From: Octopus vulgaris
Taxonomy: Eukaryota
Assembly (NCBI GenBank): GCA_951406725.2
Contig: OX597820.1
Coordinates: 8,928,001-8,992,000, forward strand
Length of the DNA: 64,000 bases
Direction of reading: 5' to 3'
Each line of letters opens with the position of its first letter. The first letter of the stretch is position 1. The notes beneath the pieces are model-generated. The model searched no databases. It was not told where the DNA came from and saw only the letters and a list, made by a program, of their open reading frames with translations. The position numbers were made by a program, and so were the translations under genes. Positions 26,682 through 38,767 of this stretch are shown here, in pieces.

Positions 26682-28065
26682 CAAGAAGGCGATGTAATTA
26701 TCGTAGCGACTGCCTATACTAAATTCCTTGAGAAAGTCATGAACATCTCAGCATTTCATGTTCCTTTCTCTCACACATAAGCAATAAGCAAACACGTCCC
26801 AGATACCAGCATCATCATCATCATGATTATCATCATCATCATTCGCATCTTAATCAATTACAACCTCGATGCGGTCGTTCGGCCTGCTAGAAATAGCGAC
26901 TAAAACGTGCTCAAATCATTGTCTTTGTTTTTTTTTTTACAAGATAAGCAATATTGGATTATGTAGTCTTAAATGCACTGCTTGAATAAAAGGTGGGATG
27001 GCCATTGCCGGAACGTCTTACATCATTGGTCTGCTGTTCGGTCATTGCTGACCTGGGGTTAAATAACAAGATAAAAAAAAAAGAAAATCTGAAAACAAAG
27101 AGAAGGGGAGGAGAGGAAAAAAGAGAAAGAATCGACAAAGAGAGAGAAAGGAGAGAGAGAGAGAAGGAAGTAAAGAAAGAAAGGAACAAAGAGAAGGAGA
27201 GAGTGAAGGAGAAACAAGTAATAAGGCAAGAGGGTGGAGAGGGAAGAGAGAGAAATAAGGGAAAAGCATGAACAAAGAGAGAGGGAAGAAAAGATAGGGA
27301 GAAAGTAAAGAAAAAAAGAACAAAGAGAAAGAGATAGAGGGAGTGATAAGGAGAAACAAGTAACAATGCAAGGGGGAGAGGGAGTAGAGAGAGAAATAAG
27401 GGAAAAGCATGAACAAAGAGAGAGGGAAGAAAAGAGAGGGAGAGAGAAAGTAGTGGGATGTGACAGGTGAGAAACAATAGAAAGAGCGTGAAGTGAAGGG
27501 TTCGGTCCCAGATGATGCGTTTTAAGTTCTGAAAGAAATAAACGTGGGAAACGATGTGATTCATACCTGAAACACAAACAGCGGGTTCTGAGTGTCGTCT
27601 GCTGGCTTCAGATTGCATAGAAATAAACTGGTCGTTTGATGGAATTGACTGGGAGGTCAGTTGGCAACGGCCACTCGTCCATTTCTTTCATTCAATAACC
27701 AAATAACATCCATCTTGACTCGCTTTTACTGCCATAAACATCCAAACTGCTGCTGAAGCAACGACTACAACCAAACCTCTATCTCACAACACCAGCTTTC
27801 TCCGCATCGCCCTCTCTCACTCACTCATTACTCTTTATCACTCTCACTCATTACTCTTTCTTCCCCCACACTTATAAATGCATTCTCACTCTTTCCCTCT
27901 ATTTCTATTCCTGCTTTCTTTCTCTCTCTCTCCCCTTCCTCTTTTTGCCATATTTTTGTCTCTCTCTCTCTCTCTCTCTCTCCTTTTATCACTTGCTTCC
28001 CCACCTTTCTCCGTTCTTCACCACTCTCTTTCTTTCTCTCGTTCCACCTCCATCCCTCTAATTCT

Positions 28066-28118
<53 letters not shown>

Positions 28119-28119
28119 C

Positions 28120-28179
<60 letters not shown>

Positions 28180-28326
28180 GTCTGTCTATCTATCTGTCTG
28201 CCTGTCTCTCTCTCTATACACACGCGCGCGCGGACACACACACACACACACACACATACATATATATATATGTATATATGTGTGTGTGTGTATATATATA
28301 TCTGTCTCTCTCTACACACACACACA

Positions 28327-28367
<41 letters not shown>

Positions 28368-28368
28368 C

Positions 28369-28400
<32 letters not shown>

Positions 28401-28534
28401 ATCTATCTATCTACCTACCTACCTACCTACCTACCTGTCTATCTTTCTTTCTTTCTATCTATCTATCTGTCTGTCTATCTATCTGTATATATATATATAT
28501 ATATCTGTCTGTCTCTATCGCTCTCTACACACAT

Positions 28535-28581
<47 letters not shown>
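28066..28581. repeat. Compound (TATC)n/(CA)n/(TA)n microsatellite
   Basis: Direct reading. Confidence 0.95.
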
Positions 28582-28676
28582 ATGTCAATCCATACATGAA
28601 AACACAAAGAGAAACTGTACAACGCGAGGACGTGGAACAAGTATTGGACGCTCAGGAAAGGAAAGAAAGAAGGAGG

Positions 28677-28711
28677 ATTTAACGTTTCGAGCGGAGCTCT
28701 TCGTCAGAAAT
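28677..28711 (-). ncRNA. Minimal type I hammerhead ribozyme motif in a Penelope-like remnant (about 28582-28790)
   Basis: Minus strand ATTT-CTGACGA-A-GAGC(TCC)GCTC-GAAA-CG-TT-AAAT: intact core, 4-bp stems I and II, palindromic ACGT stem III. Confidence 0.7.
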
Positions 28712-28988
28712 GTAGGAAAAGGAAAGATCCAAGGAAGGGAAGACGGAGGGGAAAAAATCGACAACGATACACCCGCGGTCACATTATATATGCACATTCC
28801 GCCGATGGCTTCGCTGGCGGAAACTTCGAAGCCATTGTTAATACAATTCTTGTATAATAAAGAATAATAATTTTGTACTCTGCCAAAAGTATGAAGCAAT
28901 CCTTTACTTTGATGTAAAATTGGTTTTACCAAAGCAAAAACAAATAATAATATATCCCAAACTTCAACAACATATGTATGTATGTATG

Positions 28989-29022
<34 letters not shown>

Positions 29023-29139
29023 TGTATGTATGTATGTACGTATATGTATGCACGCGCACACACGCACATATACATCATCACCATCACGACACACGTACTG
29101 ACATACATACATATGTGTGCGTCTGTGTCTGTATGTATG

Positions 29140-29199
<60 letters not shown>

Positions 29200-29443
29200 G
29201 GTAATATAAAATTTTAGAATTTTTACTACCAGTGGCCTAGCGTGTAAAAAAATTTGTCTATATTATTCATATGAATAATGGCGGTGCCCCAGCATGGCCA
29301 CAGCTCGTGAGCTGAAACTAGATGAAATAAAATAAATACAGTGTACATTTAAACACATAAGAGGTATCCGTCATAAGATTCCTTGCACGCTAGAAGGAAC
29401 AGCTAAAATCCAAACCACTGTGTTTGGATTATTTGGCAGCCAT

Positions 29444-29504
29444 GATAAAACTCCGAGTTTCGGATGTCGGGGTGGAAATCCATGCCGCCATCTATTCAGT
29501 TATC
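29444..29504 (-). ncRNA. Degenerate hammerhead ribozyme motif
   Basis: Minus strand GATAA-CTGAATAGA-(stem II)-GAAA-CTC-G-GAG-T-T-TTATC. Stems I and III are intact; the core is disrupted. Confidence 0.5.
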
Positions 29505-29757
29505 CGGCCACCGGAAAAAATGCTAAGCCCAGCGACGCGTTGTGTCCTTGAGCAAAACATTTTATTTAATGTTACTCCAGTCCACTCAGCTGGCAAAAAT
29601 GAGTAGTATTTCAAAGAGCCAGCCTTGTCACGCTGAATCTAACCTGAGAGCTATGTTAAGGGTACACGTGTCTGGGGAGTGCTCAACCACTTACGATCAT
29701 ATTGGATAAATGATATCCCATAGTGGGTTACACCCATAACCTTTATCTTACTTTGTA

Positions 29758-29815
<58 letters not shown>

Positions 29816-29830
29816 GTTTTTCACTCATTT

Positions 29831-29948
29831 TTGGGAGATGTGGCGTGCTCCTGTAATCCGGCTACTCCGAGGCTTGATTGGTTGGCCGGTTAGAGGATGG
29901 GAGTCCTGGTAGTCGGTCTTCTATGGCGATCGGGTGTCCGCGCTAAGT
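29831..29948 (+). pseudogene. 5' fragment of 7SL (SRP) RNA
   Basis: GTGGCG..CCTGTAATCC.GCTACT..GAGGCT ... GGAGTCCTGG ... CTATGGCGATCGGGTGTCCGCGCTAAGT follows the metazoan 7SL 5' region as I recall it (…CTATGCCGATCGGGTGTCCGCACTAAGT). It stops at about nt 120. Confidence 0.85.
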
Positions 29949-30699
29949 ATATATATGTGTGTATGAATATGTTTGTGTGTTTCTGGTGTGTTTACATCCC
30001 CGTAACGTAGCGGTTCGGTAAAAAAGACCAATAAAATAAGTACTAGGCTTACAAAGAATAAAGGTGGTGCTCCGGCATGGCCGCAGTCAAATGACAGAAA
30101 CAAGTAGAAGAGTATGTGTGTGTGTGTGTGTGTGTGAAAGTTCTTGCCTTAAGGATGTAGCGAGAAGCCTGGTTGGAGGCCCAACCTTTCGAGTTTAACA
30201 GGTGCTTAGAAAAATGGAGGGACCACCGCAATAAGTGTGTGAATCTAGAAGGAGAATATGTATCACCAATATTTTGTTTTACCCCAATCCAGGAACTTTA
30301 CAGCACCCTTTGCATACATACATACACACGACAAGCTTTCAGTTTCCGTCTACGAAATCCACTGACACGGCTTTGGTCAGCCCAAGCCTGTTGTAGACTT
30401 TTGCTAGAGGTACCACGCAGTGGGACTTAACTATGTGGTTGGGAGGCAGGCTCCCCTCCTACGCCTATCTCTATCTCATTTGATGTACACTGTATAAAGA
30501 TATGAGCTACTGTTTCTTGCTCTGAGAATGCGTATCCAAGCAAGTTTTTATAACACGCCTTGTGTCTCCAAGCAATCTTCGAGTTCTCAGACTTGGAGAG
30601 ACAAGGCGTGTCAGAGAAACCTGCCTCGGCACGTGTCTTCCTAGCCAGAGATTATAAATAGCTCGTATCTTTATACTGTGCACATTAAGTGATATTGCA

Positions 30700-31088
30700 A
30701 TTTCATCTCTGGCCCTGAATTGGTGAATTACTTCACCTTTCACCTTAAGAGGAAAATAGAGCTAGAGAGAAAATGCCTGACTGTGAAAATGTTTGAAGAT
30801 CGAAGGAAGAATGTAGCACGGATGTTGCGTGTGGATGGAACATCATGGATGCGACACAGGATGTAACTCAGGTTCAGTGGCGAGACGGGGCTCGTGGGGT
30901 CCGAATTAACCCCCTCCCACTCCATCCGTAATGTCTTCCGGTCTGTCTTATCATTCTATTTTATTATATTTTCTTATTTTTAGTAAAATTTTTAATATCA
31001 TCTTTTTGTATAATCATTCGCTCATCTGACCCCAAAATCAGATTGTATTGTCCCCTTTGTTGGCCCCTTGTGGGTAATAAAAAATCAA
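30700..31088 (+). mobile_element. Tx1/L1-like LINE 3' end
   Basis: FISGPELVNYFTFHLKRKIELERKCLTVKMFEDR, then a T-rich 3'UTR ending GGCCCCTTGTGGGTAATAAAAAA. The clade assignment rests only on the C-terminal pattern. Confidence 0.6.
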
Positions 31089-31344
31089 CATTAAGTGATA
31101 TTTATTTCTCACTAGATGGAGTACTTTTTTGTTGATCTCACCTTAACGGAATCGTAAACTACACACACACACACACACATACAAATACAGGTACGTCAAA
31201 TACAACATAGACTCTTGATTTATCCAAATTATCTCCGTCTCTAGATGTGTGATAATTACTAAATAGCAATTTAAGACTAGCGCCAATTGAGGAGGGGAGA
31301 TAATCTAAAGACTCAAACATTCTTAAGCTGGCATGTCATTAACT

Positions 31345-31925
31345 TTATTCTCTCAGCTCATTTGAGTTGAGGCAGTTGATGGCCTTTGCCGAACAGTTGT
31401 TGTCGGGTGCGGAAAGAGTACGGCTCTCGTCTGAGTCCATGATAAAGATTGTACCACCTTCCTCCTTCGCCAAAGAAAAGAAGGTAGCTTTTCTCTGCGT
31501 AGTAACCATACTGAAAGATGTGGTATGGAAGACGCGAGCAAAAGGGATTGCGACAGGTTAATTCATCTCCGGGCGTGGGCTGGTGAATTACTTCGCTGCC
31601 CATCTGTCCAGCAAGATCCGTCTGGAGATGAGGAGCCTGCCGCAAAGAGCGTTTGGAAAAAGATGGACGACAGTGGTAAGAAAGATGAGAAAGCCCTAGG
31701 CTGTGCTTGCACGGATAACCAACCGGCGGGTTAACTCACTAACCCGGACCCAAAATTCATCCGATCATCATTTATATTTATATTTTTAACCCTCATTCAC
31801 AATGTATGTAAATCCATCCGGTTTTTCACACTGTATGTAAGAAGCGAGTTTGTACCCTGAATGTCCCTTGTCTGTCCTTGTAATGTCCCCTCTATGTAAA
31901 ACCTTTATAGGTTAATAAAGAAATA
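31345..31925 (+). mobile_element. Tx1/L1-like LINE 3' end, second subfamily
   Basis: LKDVVWKTRAKG…FISGRGLVNYFAAHLSSKIRLEMRSL…FGKRW, homologous to the 30700 copy; ends AATAAAGAAATA. Confidence 0.65.
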
Positions 31926-33636
31926 TCACTTAGCTCATTTTTTTAAAAGTATAATTACCTTAGCCCTGAGCATATCCTTGACTGCCGGAGATACGTTAGG
32001 ATGAGTGTCATGCTAATGACGCCAATTAAGGAAGAATAACCCTATCCTTTTCCTTCGTAACCGGAGCCTTGTTCTTGGCTCATTCCAGTTTGTTGTATTG
32101 GACATGGTTCTCATATTCGACAATGTCAACTTTAGGTTCTGCACGCTTTGTGAAGCAAGAGTGAACGTTTTCTTTGTTCTGATTGACCACATTTGAGGAT
32201 ACCTCATGGCTGGGCGAGACAACGGGAGCTTCCTTATTCAGGATCCTCTTCATGTAGAGCAAGCAGAATCTTTAGAATCTTTGTTCAGGGTTTTGCCAGG
32301 TAATGTCGCCAGCTGTTGATATCAGACACCTATACATTCGTATCGCTTAGAAGCAGTACCAGGATTGTGGCTTCAAGTGTCATCTTTTCACCTGCTGCTT
32401 TTGTCTCGTTCCCATCACTGCAGAGTTTGATGGTGTTGACCAGCGTAATATATTTTTAGTGAAGTGCAGTATGATCCTTTGTACCCATAGTTCAACATGG
32501 CTTTACAAGCTAGGGCAGTAACATCAAGGTCCTCGGCACATATGTGACACGTAGGAGTTTCCTTTTCCAAATTAGATCACTTGACAAGGCCTACAAGCTC
32601 CTTATACTCAAGTTGGAGTTTCCTCTTAGGTTTGTTGCCAACTAAGACTGATGAACTCAACCTACCCATCCGGTCACATCTGGATACGCAGTCGTACAAG
32701 ATATAGTAAGCACTGGAGAAACTAGTATGTCTGCGAGCTTTTTGTTCGGAAACAGCAATGTAGGAGAAGCTTTATCAAATGTCACGCGGTCTAGCAAACA
32801 GGACAACTGCATTAACTAAAAATGACACATGTCTTTGTAACAGATTTTATCAGGGCAAGTAAAATAAAATCACTAGAAACCTATATTGCTTTCAAATTTA
32901 AAGCACAAGATCAACCATTTCGGCGGGAAGTGAAGTCGATTACATCGACCCTAGTGCTCAACTTGTACTTATTTTATCGACCACGAAAGGATGAAGGCAA
33001 AATCAATCCCAGTGAAATTTGAACTCAGAACGTGGAGACGGACGAAATGTCGCTAAGGATTTCGCCCGGCTTGCTAAGGATTTTATCAGGGGTTATGAAC
33101 TTGACTGTCACCAGAACCTGCTTCTTGGCAATGTGTAGCGGAAGGGAGTGATATGTGTACTGAGAATTTTACTAATTCAAAACTATGTAACATTTTTAAT
33201 TACTGTTTTAGTCGTATGACTGGAAACTATTTTTCCATATATGCTTTTTGACACTTCACCAACAGGTTTCAAATGGGAAGAACGAATTTTCTCTTATATT
33301 CGCTTAAACTACCAGAAACTTTTATAGCAACCAAATGTCATTCGTATCATAAACTAGCAGAGAAGTCACATTGGTTAATCTGCCTCTAGATGCTCTCTGC
33401 TTGAAAGAGTCGAGCTGGTCAGACTAATTGCTAATTGCGCGAATCCATTGTCCCGTAAAAGTGACAGAGTTAAGTCCCCTGACAACCTTCCCACTCCTCG
33501 CTTTTCCCACAATTTTACAATCAGATCTCAGATCGAATTATTTACAAATTACTGTTTATTTTCTCTCTTCCAAACGGTCTTCTTTTGCTTCGGGGTTGAC
33601 TAGTTAAAGATATTTCCCCATATTCCACTTCGTTAC

Positions 33637-33642
33637 GTAAGT
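33637..33642 (+). promoter_or_regulatory. Candidate splice donor (GTAAGT) of a non-coding first exon of the + strand ZNF gene
   Basis: Consensus donor at the end of a unique, non-repeat stretch (about 33350-33636). Its pairing with the 39599 acceptor is inferred. Confidence 0.35.
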
Positions 33643-34974
33643 ATTACTTATCTATTGTGATATTTAATAAGCATGAAATCTGTTTCTTTGTCAGGACTAA
33701 CAAAAGACAGAAACGAGTGGAAGAGGAAAAAGGAATATTTTTTACCAATTTAAAACATTTTGGTTGTGTTTCGAACAAACAAACAAGTTTATCCGAACTA
33801 ACACGATGCAAATGTCTTATTCTTATCTGCGTCAAATTGCTACCCAAACAAGGAATTGCTCTGTTAAACAGTAACTCGGTCTGCTAGAAATAACAGTCAG
33901 ATTTTCTTTAAAAAAAAAATCTCGCTACTGTCTTTTAAAAATAGAGAAAAAAAAATTTGGTTCTAGACACAAAAATGAAGATAGTCATGGCTGGAATGCC
34001 TTTAATTGTCTAAAAGTTGCGTTGGAATTAAACAACACCTCCAAGACTACAAGGAATTTTTAAATGATGTTAATTTTTGCCCACACGTCGGTAATTTATT
34101 GTTTGCATAAATTCCTACATTTTTCCCCAGTCTTCCAAAAGATAGAGCTAAGCAAAAATATAAACACTAAGAATTACTAAGATTATGGTACGCTTTTAAT
34201 ATTAATTAATGTACCAAAATAATATATTTGTAGCACTGTGGCATTGCTTGAAAGTTTTCAACAGGGAGGGGCGTGGAAAAACGTCGAGAAGTCGGTTTGT
34301 ATCCCATATTCTATAAACTGACTACTTATGAAGGTCTGATTTTGGCCTGGAATTTACAGAAATTTCGATATCTACTGGATAATCGACTACTACTAATATT
34401 ATCATAACACCAACGAAGGAAAAAGCTTTTGTGTGGTCACTCTGGTTTGCTAGAAATGACAACTACTGTCCTTTAAATCGTGTGCTGTTGCTTTTAACAA
34501 AAGGACACATTAGACAATGTAAACATAGGCAGATAGAGTAGGAATAGTCACGGCTGGAATGCTTTTAATCATAGGTTTGCTTAAGCAGAAATGACCTGGG
34601 ACGAAACAACTAATACTACTATTACTACTACTACCAGCTAGCGAGCGTATATGCAATTTCTCGACCTGCTAGAAACAACAGCTAAGTCTCAACACATAGC
34701 CTTTAAAAAAAAGGACAAGGTAGTCATGGATATAAAAGACTGAATTGTCACCGCTAGAATATTTTTAACCAGTGGTTTGTATAATATGGGTTACTCTGGA
34801 TCTAAACGACATCAATTTATTGCCGTCAGAAAGTAAGAACAAGACTATGGTGCTTGTGCAGTTTTAAAATTGAAAATAAACTTAACCTTTTTGGTTTTCT
34901 TCCAGGAAGATTTTACTGAAAGGTGTTCCATACGTAACAATCCAATCTCATCTTTACAGACGTGGTATTTCTGA

Positions 34975-36079
34975 GGCGGCGAGCTGGCAGAACCGTTAGC
35001 ACACCGGGCAAAATGCATAGCCGTATTTCGTCTGCCGTTACGTTCTGAGTTCAAATTCCGCCGAGGTCGACTTTGCCTTTCATCCTTTCGGGGTCGATAA
35101 ATTAGGTACCAGTTACGCACTAGGGATCGACTTAATCCGTTTGTCTGTCCTTGTTTGTCCCTTCTGTGTTTAGCCCCTTGTGGATAGTAAAGAAATAGGT
35201 ATTTCGTCTGCCGTTACGTTCTGAGTTCAAATTCCACCGAGGTCGACTTTACCTTTCATCCTTTCGGGGTCGATTAAATAAGTACCAGTTACGCACTGGG
35301 GTCGATATAATCGACTTAATCCGTTTGTCTGTCCTTGTTTGTCCCCTCTGTGTTTAGCCCCTTGTGGGTAGTAAAGAAATAGGTATTTCTTCTGCCGTTA
35401 CGTTCTGAGTTCAAATTCCACCGAGGTCGACTTTGCCTTTCATCCTTTCGGGGTCGATTAAATAAGTACCAGTTACGCACTGGGAATCGATATAATCGAC
35501 TTAATCCCTTTGTCTGTCCTTGATTGTCCCCTCTGTGTTTAGCCCTTTGTGGGTAGTAAAGAAATAGGTATTTCGTCTGCCGTTACGTTCTGAGTTCAAA
35601 TTCCGCCGAGGTCAACTTTCGGTGTCGATAAATTAAGTACCAGTTACGCACTGATGTCGATGTAATCGACTTAATCCGTGTCTGTCCTTGTTCGTCCCCT
35701 CTGTGTTTGGCCCCTTGTGGGTAGTAAAGAAATAGGTATTTCGTCTGCCACTACGTTCTGAGTTCAAATTCCGCCGAGGTCGACTTTGCCTTTCATCCTT
35801 TCGGGGTCTATAAATTAAGTACCAGTTACGCACTGGGGTCGATATAATCGACTTCATCCGTTTGTCTGTCCTTGATTGTCCCCTCTGTGTTTAGCCCCTT
35901 GTGGGTAGTAAAGAAGTAGGTATTTCGTCTGCCGTTACGTTCTGAGTTCAAATTCCGCCGAGGTCAACTTTCGGTGTTGATAAATTAAGTACCAGTTACG
36001 CACTGGGATCGATATAATCAACTTAATCTGTTTGTCCCCTCTGCCTTTAGCCCCTTGTGGGTAGTAAAGAAATAGGTAT
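34975..36079 (+). mobile_element. Meta-domain tRNA-type SINE: head plus 6 tandem body units of about 184 bp
   Basis: Head GGCGGCGAGCTGGCAGAACCGTTAG; B-box GAGTTCAAATTCC; Meta-like GCCTTTCATCCTTTCGGGGTCGATAAATTAAGTACCAG. Units end at 35198, 35382, 35567, 35735, 35919 and 36075. Confidence 0.9.
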
Positions 36080-36687
36080 CTACGACTGCAATATTTGAGG
36101 TGTTCTTACCTGTTTATTCCCAAGTCAGTCATGCTTCAGAAGATCTATGATCAAATGATATTCAACAGTGACCACCCCTCCTCTTATTCAGACATAAATG
36201 TAACTGTAACTATTATTTAATGTGCCCTTCCTTTTTAAGACTATAGGGTAAAATTTGAAGGCAGTTTAGCAGCTATTTCTAGCAGGGTATTGTGTTGTGG
36301 TTTCCCTATTGACCACATCTATTAAATTTGAAGTGAATTAAGAATGAAGTATTACATTTGATGGAAACTATATCAGATCAGTTGTACTTGTTTGCAAGGC
36401 AGTGTTGGTTAAGAAGTTCACTCTGCAATGTTAGTCACCAAGACTCAATCCCACTTCTGCAGAATCTATGGCAAGTCTAGTCTACCATGGCCTCTAGAAG
36501 TAGCTCAACAGAAATTGTGTGGAAGCTAAGTGGAGGGATTATAACTGTTTAGGTGAATGGCTCAATCCCTCACAGTTTAAACACCATCACCTGACCTTTG
36601 GGTATTTATAGTTGAGTCCATTCTATTGAAAGCATTTAAACCAAGTATCTGGAATATAAAGATTTTCCTCCTTTTCTCTTAATGGAG

Positions 36688-37158
36688 AATACCCTCCATC
36701 AGGCATTTGCCATATTCTAAATGCCTTACTTCCCTGGGCATGGACACATTGAAACTCCGACGTCTGGCAGCTGACTTGGCAGACACCCATTAAATTATTA
36801 ACCATCTTACAAACAATAACTCTGAGCACCTTTTCAAACTCCACCTGTCTAACACCCATGGACATCTTTACAAAGTAAGAAAACAGCACAGCTCCCATGA
36901 CTTTCGGAAACATTTTTTCATGCTAAGAGTTGCTGAAGCATGGAACAAACTGCTGGCATCAGTTGTTAGTTGTCCTTCAAAACTTCCATGCTTCCTGAGA
37001 TTCGCCAACACTACACCTGATTTTCTCCCCTCCATACACACGCAAGCATGTATTGGACTCATACCCTGTTCGCTTTCCAGACATTTGTACATTACTGCAC
37101 ATGCTTTATATGCACTCTTGACAAGTTGTGGTGCACCTGAGCACCGTATACAATAATT

Positions 37159-37192
<34 letters not shown>
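36688..37192 (+). mobile_element. CR1/L2-type LINE 3' end, subfamily A
   Basis: LRRLAADL…FRKHFFMLRVAEAWNKL; (TTA)n tail. Confidence 0.88.
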
Positions 37193-37193
<1 letters not shown>

Positions 37194-37662
37194 TTAATCT
37201 TAGAGGCCCTACAAAAAGAAAAAAAATCTCATAGATGATGCTCTTCCGACAAAATTAGGAAAATTACTTTTTTAATTATTCAATCTATTTTCAAGGGAAA
37301 GAGGTGTGAAAGTAGGACATTCTTATATTTTGGTAGATTCCCATTTGTAGAAGTTTGGGGAGGGAGGACATTTCCAAAGATTGAAAGTGAAATATGAAGT
37401 ATAAAAATGTCACCATTTTCATAAAAGTTGTTTAGTCTTTGGTTAATGGTGATTAAGCTGATCTTTGATCATAGGCATTCTAGCAGTTACCATCTTATCT
37501 TTTTTGAGGTTGCATAATGTACCTTTTATTTTTTAAGATGATGCAGTGTGATCTGAAGAAGATTTGGCTGTATTTCTAACCGGTCAAAATGACCTTGACG
37601 CTACCTCAATATTGTTATGCTGAAGACAAAGTAAATAGCAACAAAATACCAGGGACAGTTTA

Positions 37663-38315
37663 ACCTTTTAGTGTTCAGATTATTCTGTCAAATGTAATGC
37701 TTATGAAATCAAATTGTTTTGAATTAATCATGCAAAGACATCGTAGCATTGAAATTTTGAGGATGTGATTGCTTATATAGAGACGTGCAACCAAACGCAT
37801 ACCCTCCATCAGACACCTACCATATTCTGAGCGCCTTGTTTCCCTGGGCATGGATTCACTGAAGCTCCGGCGTCTGGCGACAGACTTGGTAAACACCCAC
37901 AAAGTTATCAACCACCTCACCAACAACAACACTGAACACCTTTTTGATCTCCATGTGTCTAACACACGTGGACATGCCTACAAAGTCAGAAAACAACACA
38001 GCTTCCATGACTTTCAGAAACATTTTTTCACGCTCAGAGTTGCTGAAGCATGGAACAAACTGCCTGCGTCAGTTGTTGACTGCCATGACACTGCATCCTT
38101 TAAGGCCCTCATGCTTTCCGAAATCTGCCGAAACTACACCTGATTATACATACACTTTAGATGAGTTGTAGTGCACCTGAGCACTGTACACAATGTTTTT
38201 ATTATTATTATTATTATTCTTAGAATGACATTGTAGGATAAGTGTGCAAAGCCAGATCTTGCCAGTTTGAACATAGAACAAGTAGAATATTTGGGCCGGT
38301 TTAAATGCTAAAGGG
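37663..38315. mobile_element. Inverted copy of the 63652 MITE family, split by a CR1/L2 fragment
   Basis: TTAA at both ends; the two halves match the reverse complement of 63652-63870. Confidence 0.8.
37779..38217 (+). mobile_element. CR1/L2-type LINE 3' end, subfamily B, nested in a TTAA MITE
   Basis: RRATKRIP…TRGHAYKV…FFTLRVAEAWNKLP; (TTA)n tail. Confidence 0.9.
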
Positions 38316-38767
38316 TTAATTGACTGCCCTTAATGACCCTTAAATTGTCAATTTGTGTCAGATATATTTATTGTTTTGGAATTCAGTCAAGCAAGTGTGA
38401 GGTTTAGATATTTGTCAACTGACAAAGAGATGGACAGAACTACCTTTGTAGCAGCCATTGAGGAGTGGGCACCAGCTGTACAGACTTCAGTTATACACTG
38501 ATCTTGTAATTATAAATACTACAGCTACACACCACCAACTGTACACATGGCAGCTCTACAGCTTATTCTCTTCACACACATATATTCCCTTTCTTCTCAT
38601 CACTTCAACATCTCCTCCCAAATGTATATATCCTCTGCAAACAGAACAACCATTCTGTATAAAATAGACGTTCCACTTGCAGAAGAATGAGTGTCACATT
38701 CTGACCAAAGTAACCATGTTTGCTTCCACCCATGACCACCATCTGAATCTACAGAAATAGACTTTAT

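Noticed and set aside
27201-27434. Purine-rich direct duplication with a period of about 139 bp and long F/L/S ORFs
   Set aside because: Low-complexity local duplication.
28797-28835. Alternative hairpins with GAAA-CTTCGAAG, hammerhead-like
   Set aside because: The core reads CCGATGG and there is no UH cleavage site; too degenerate to call.
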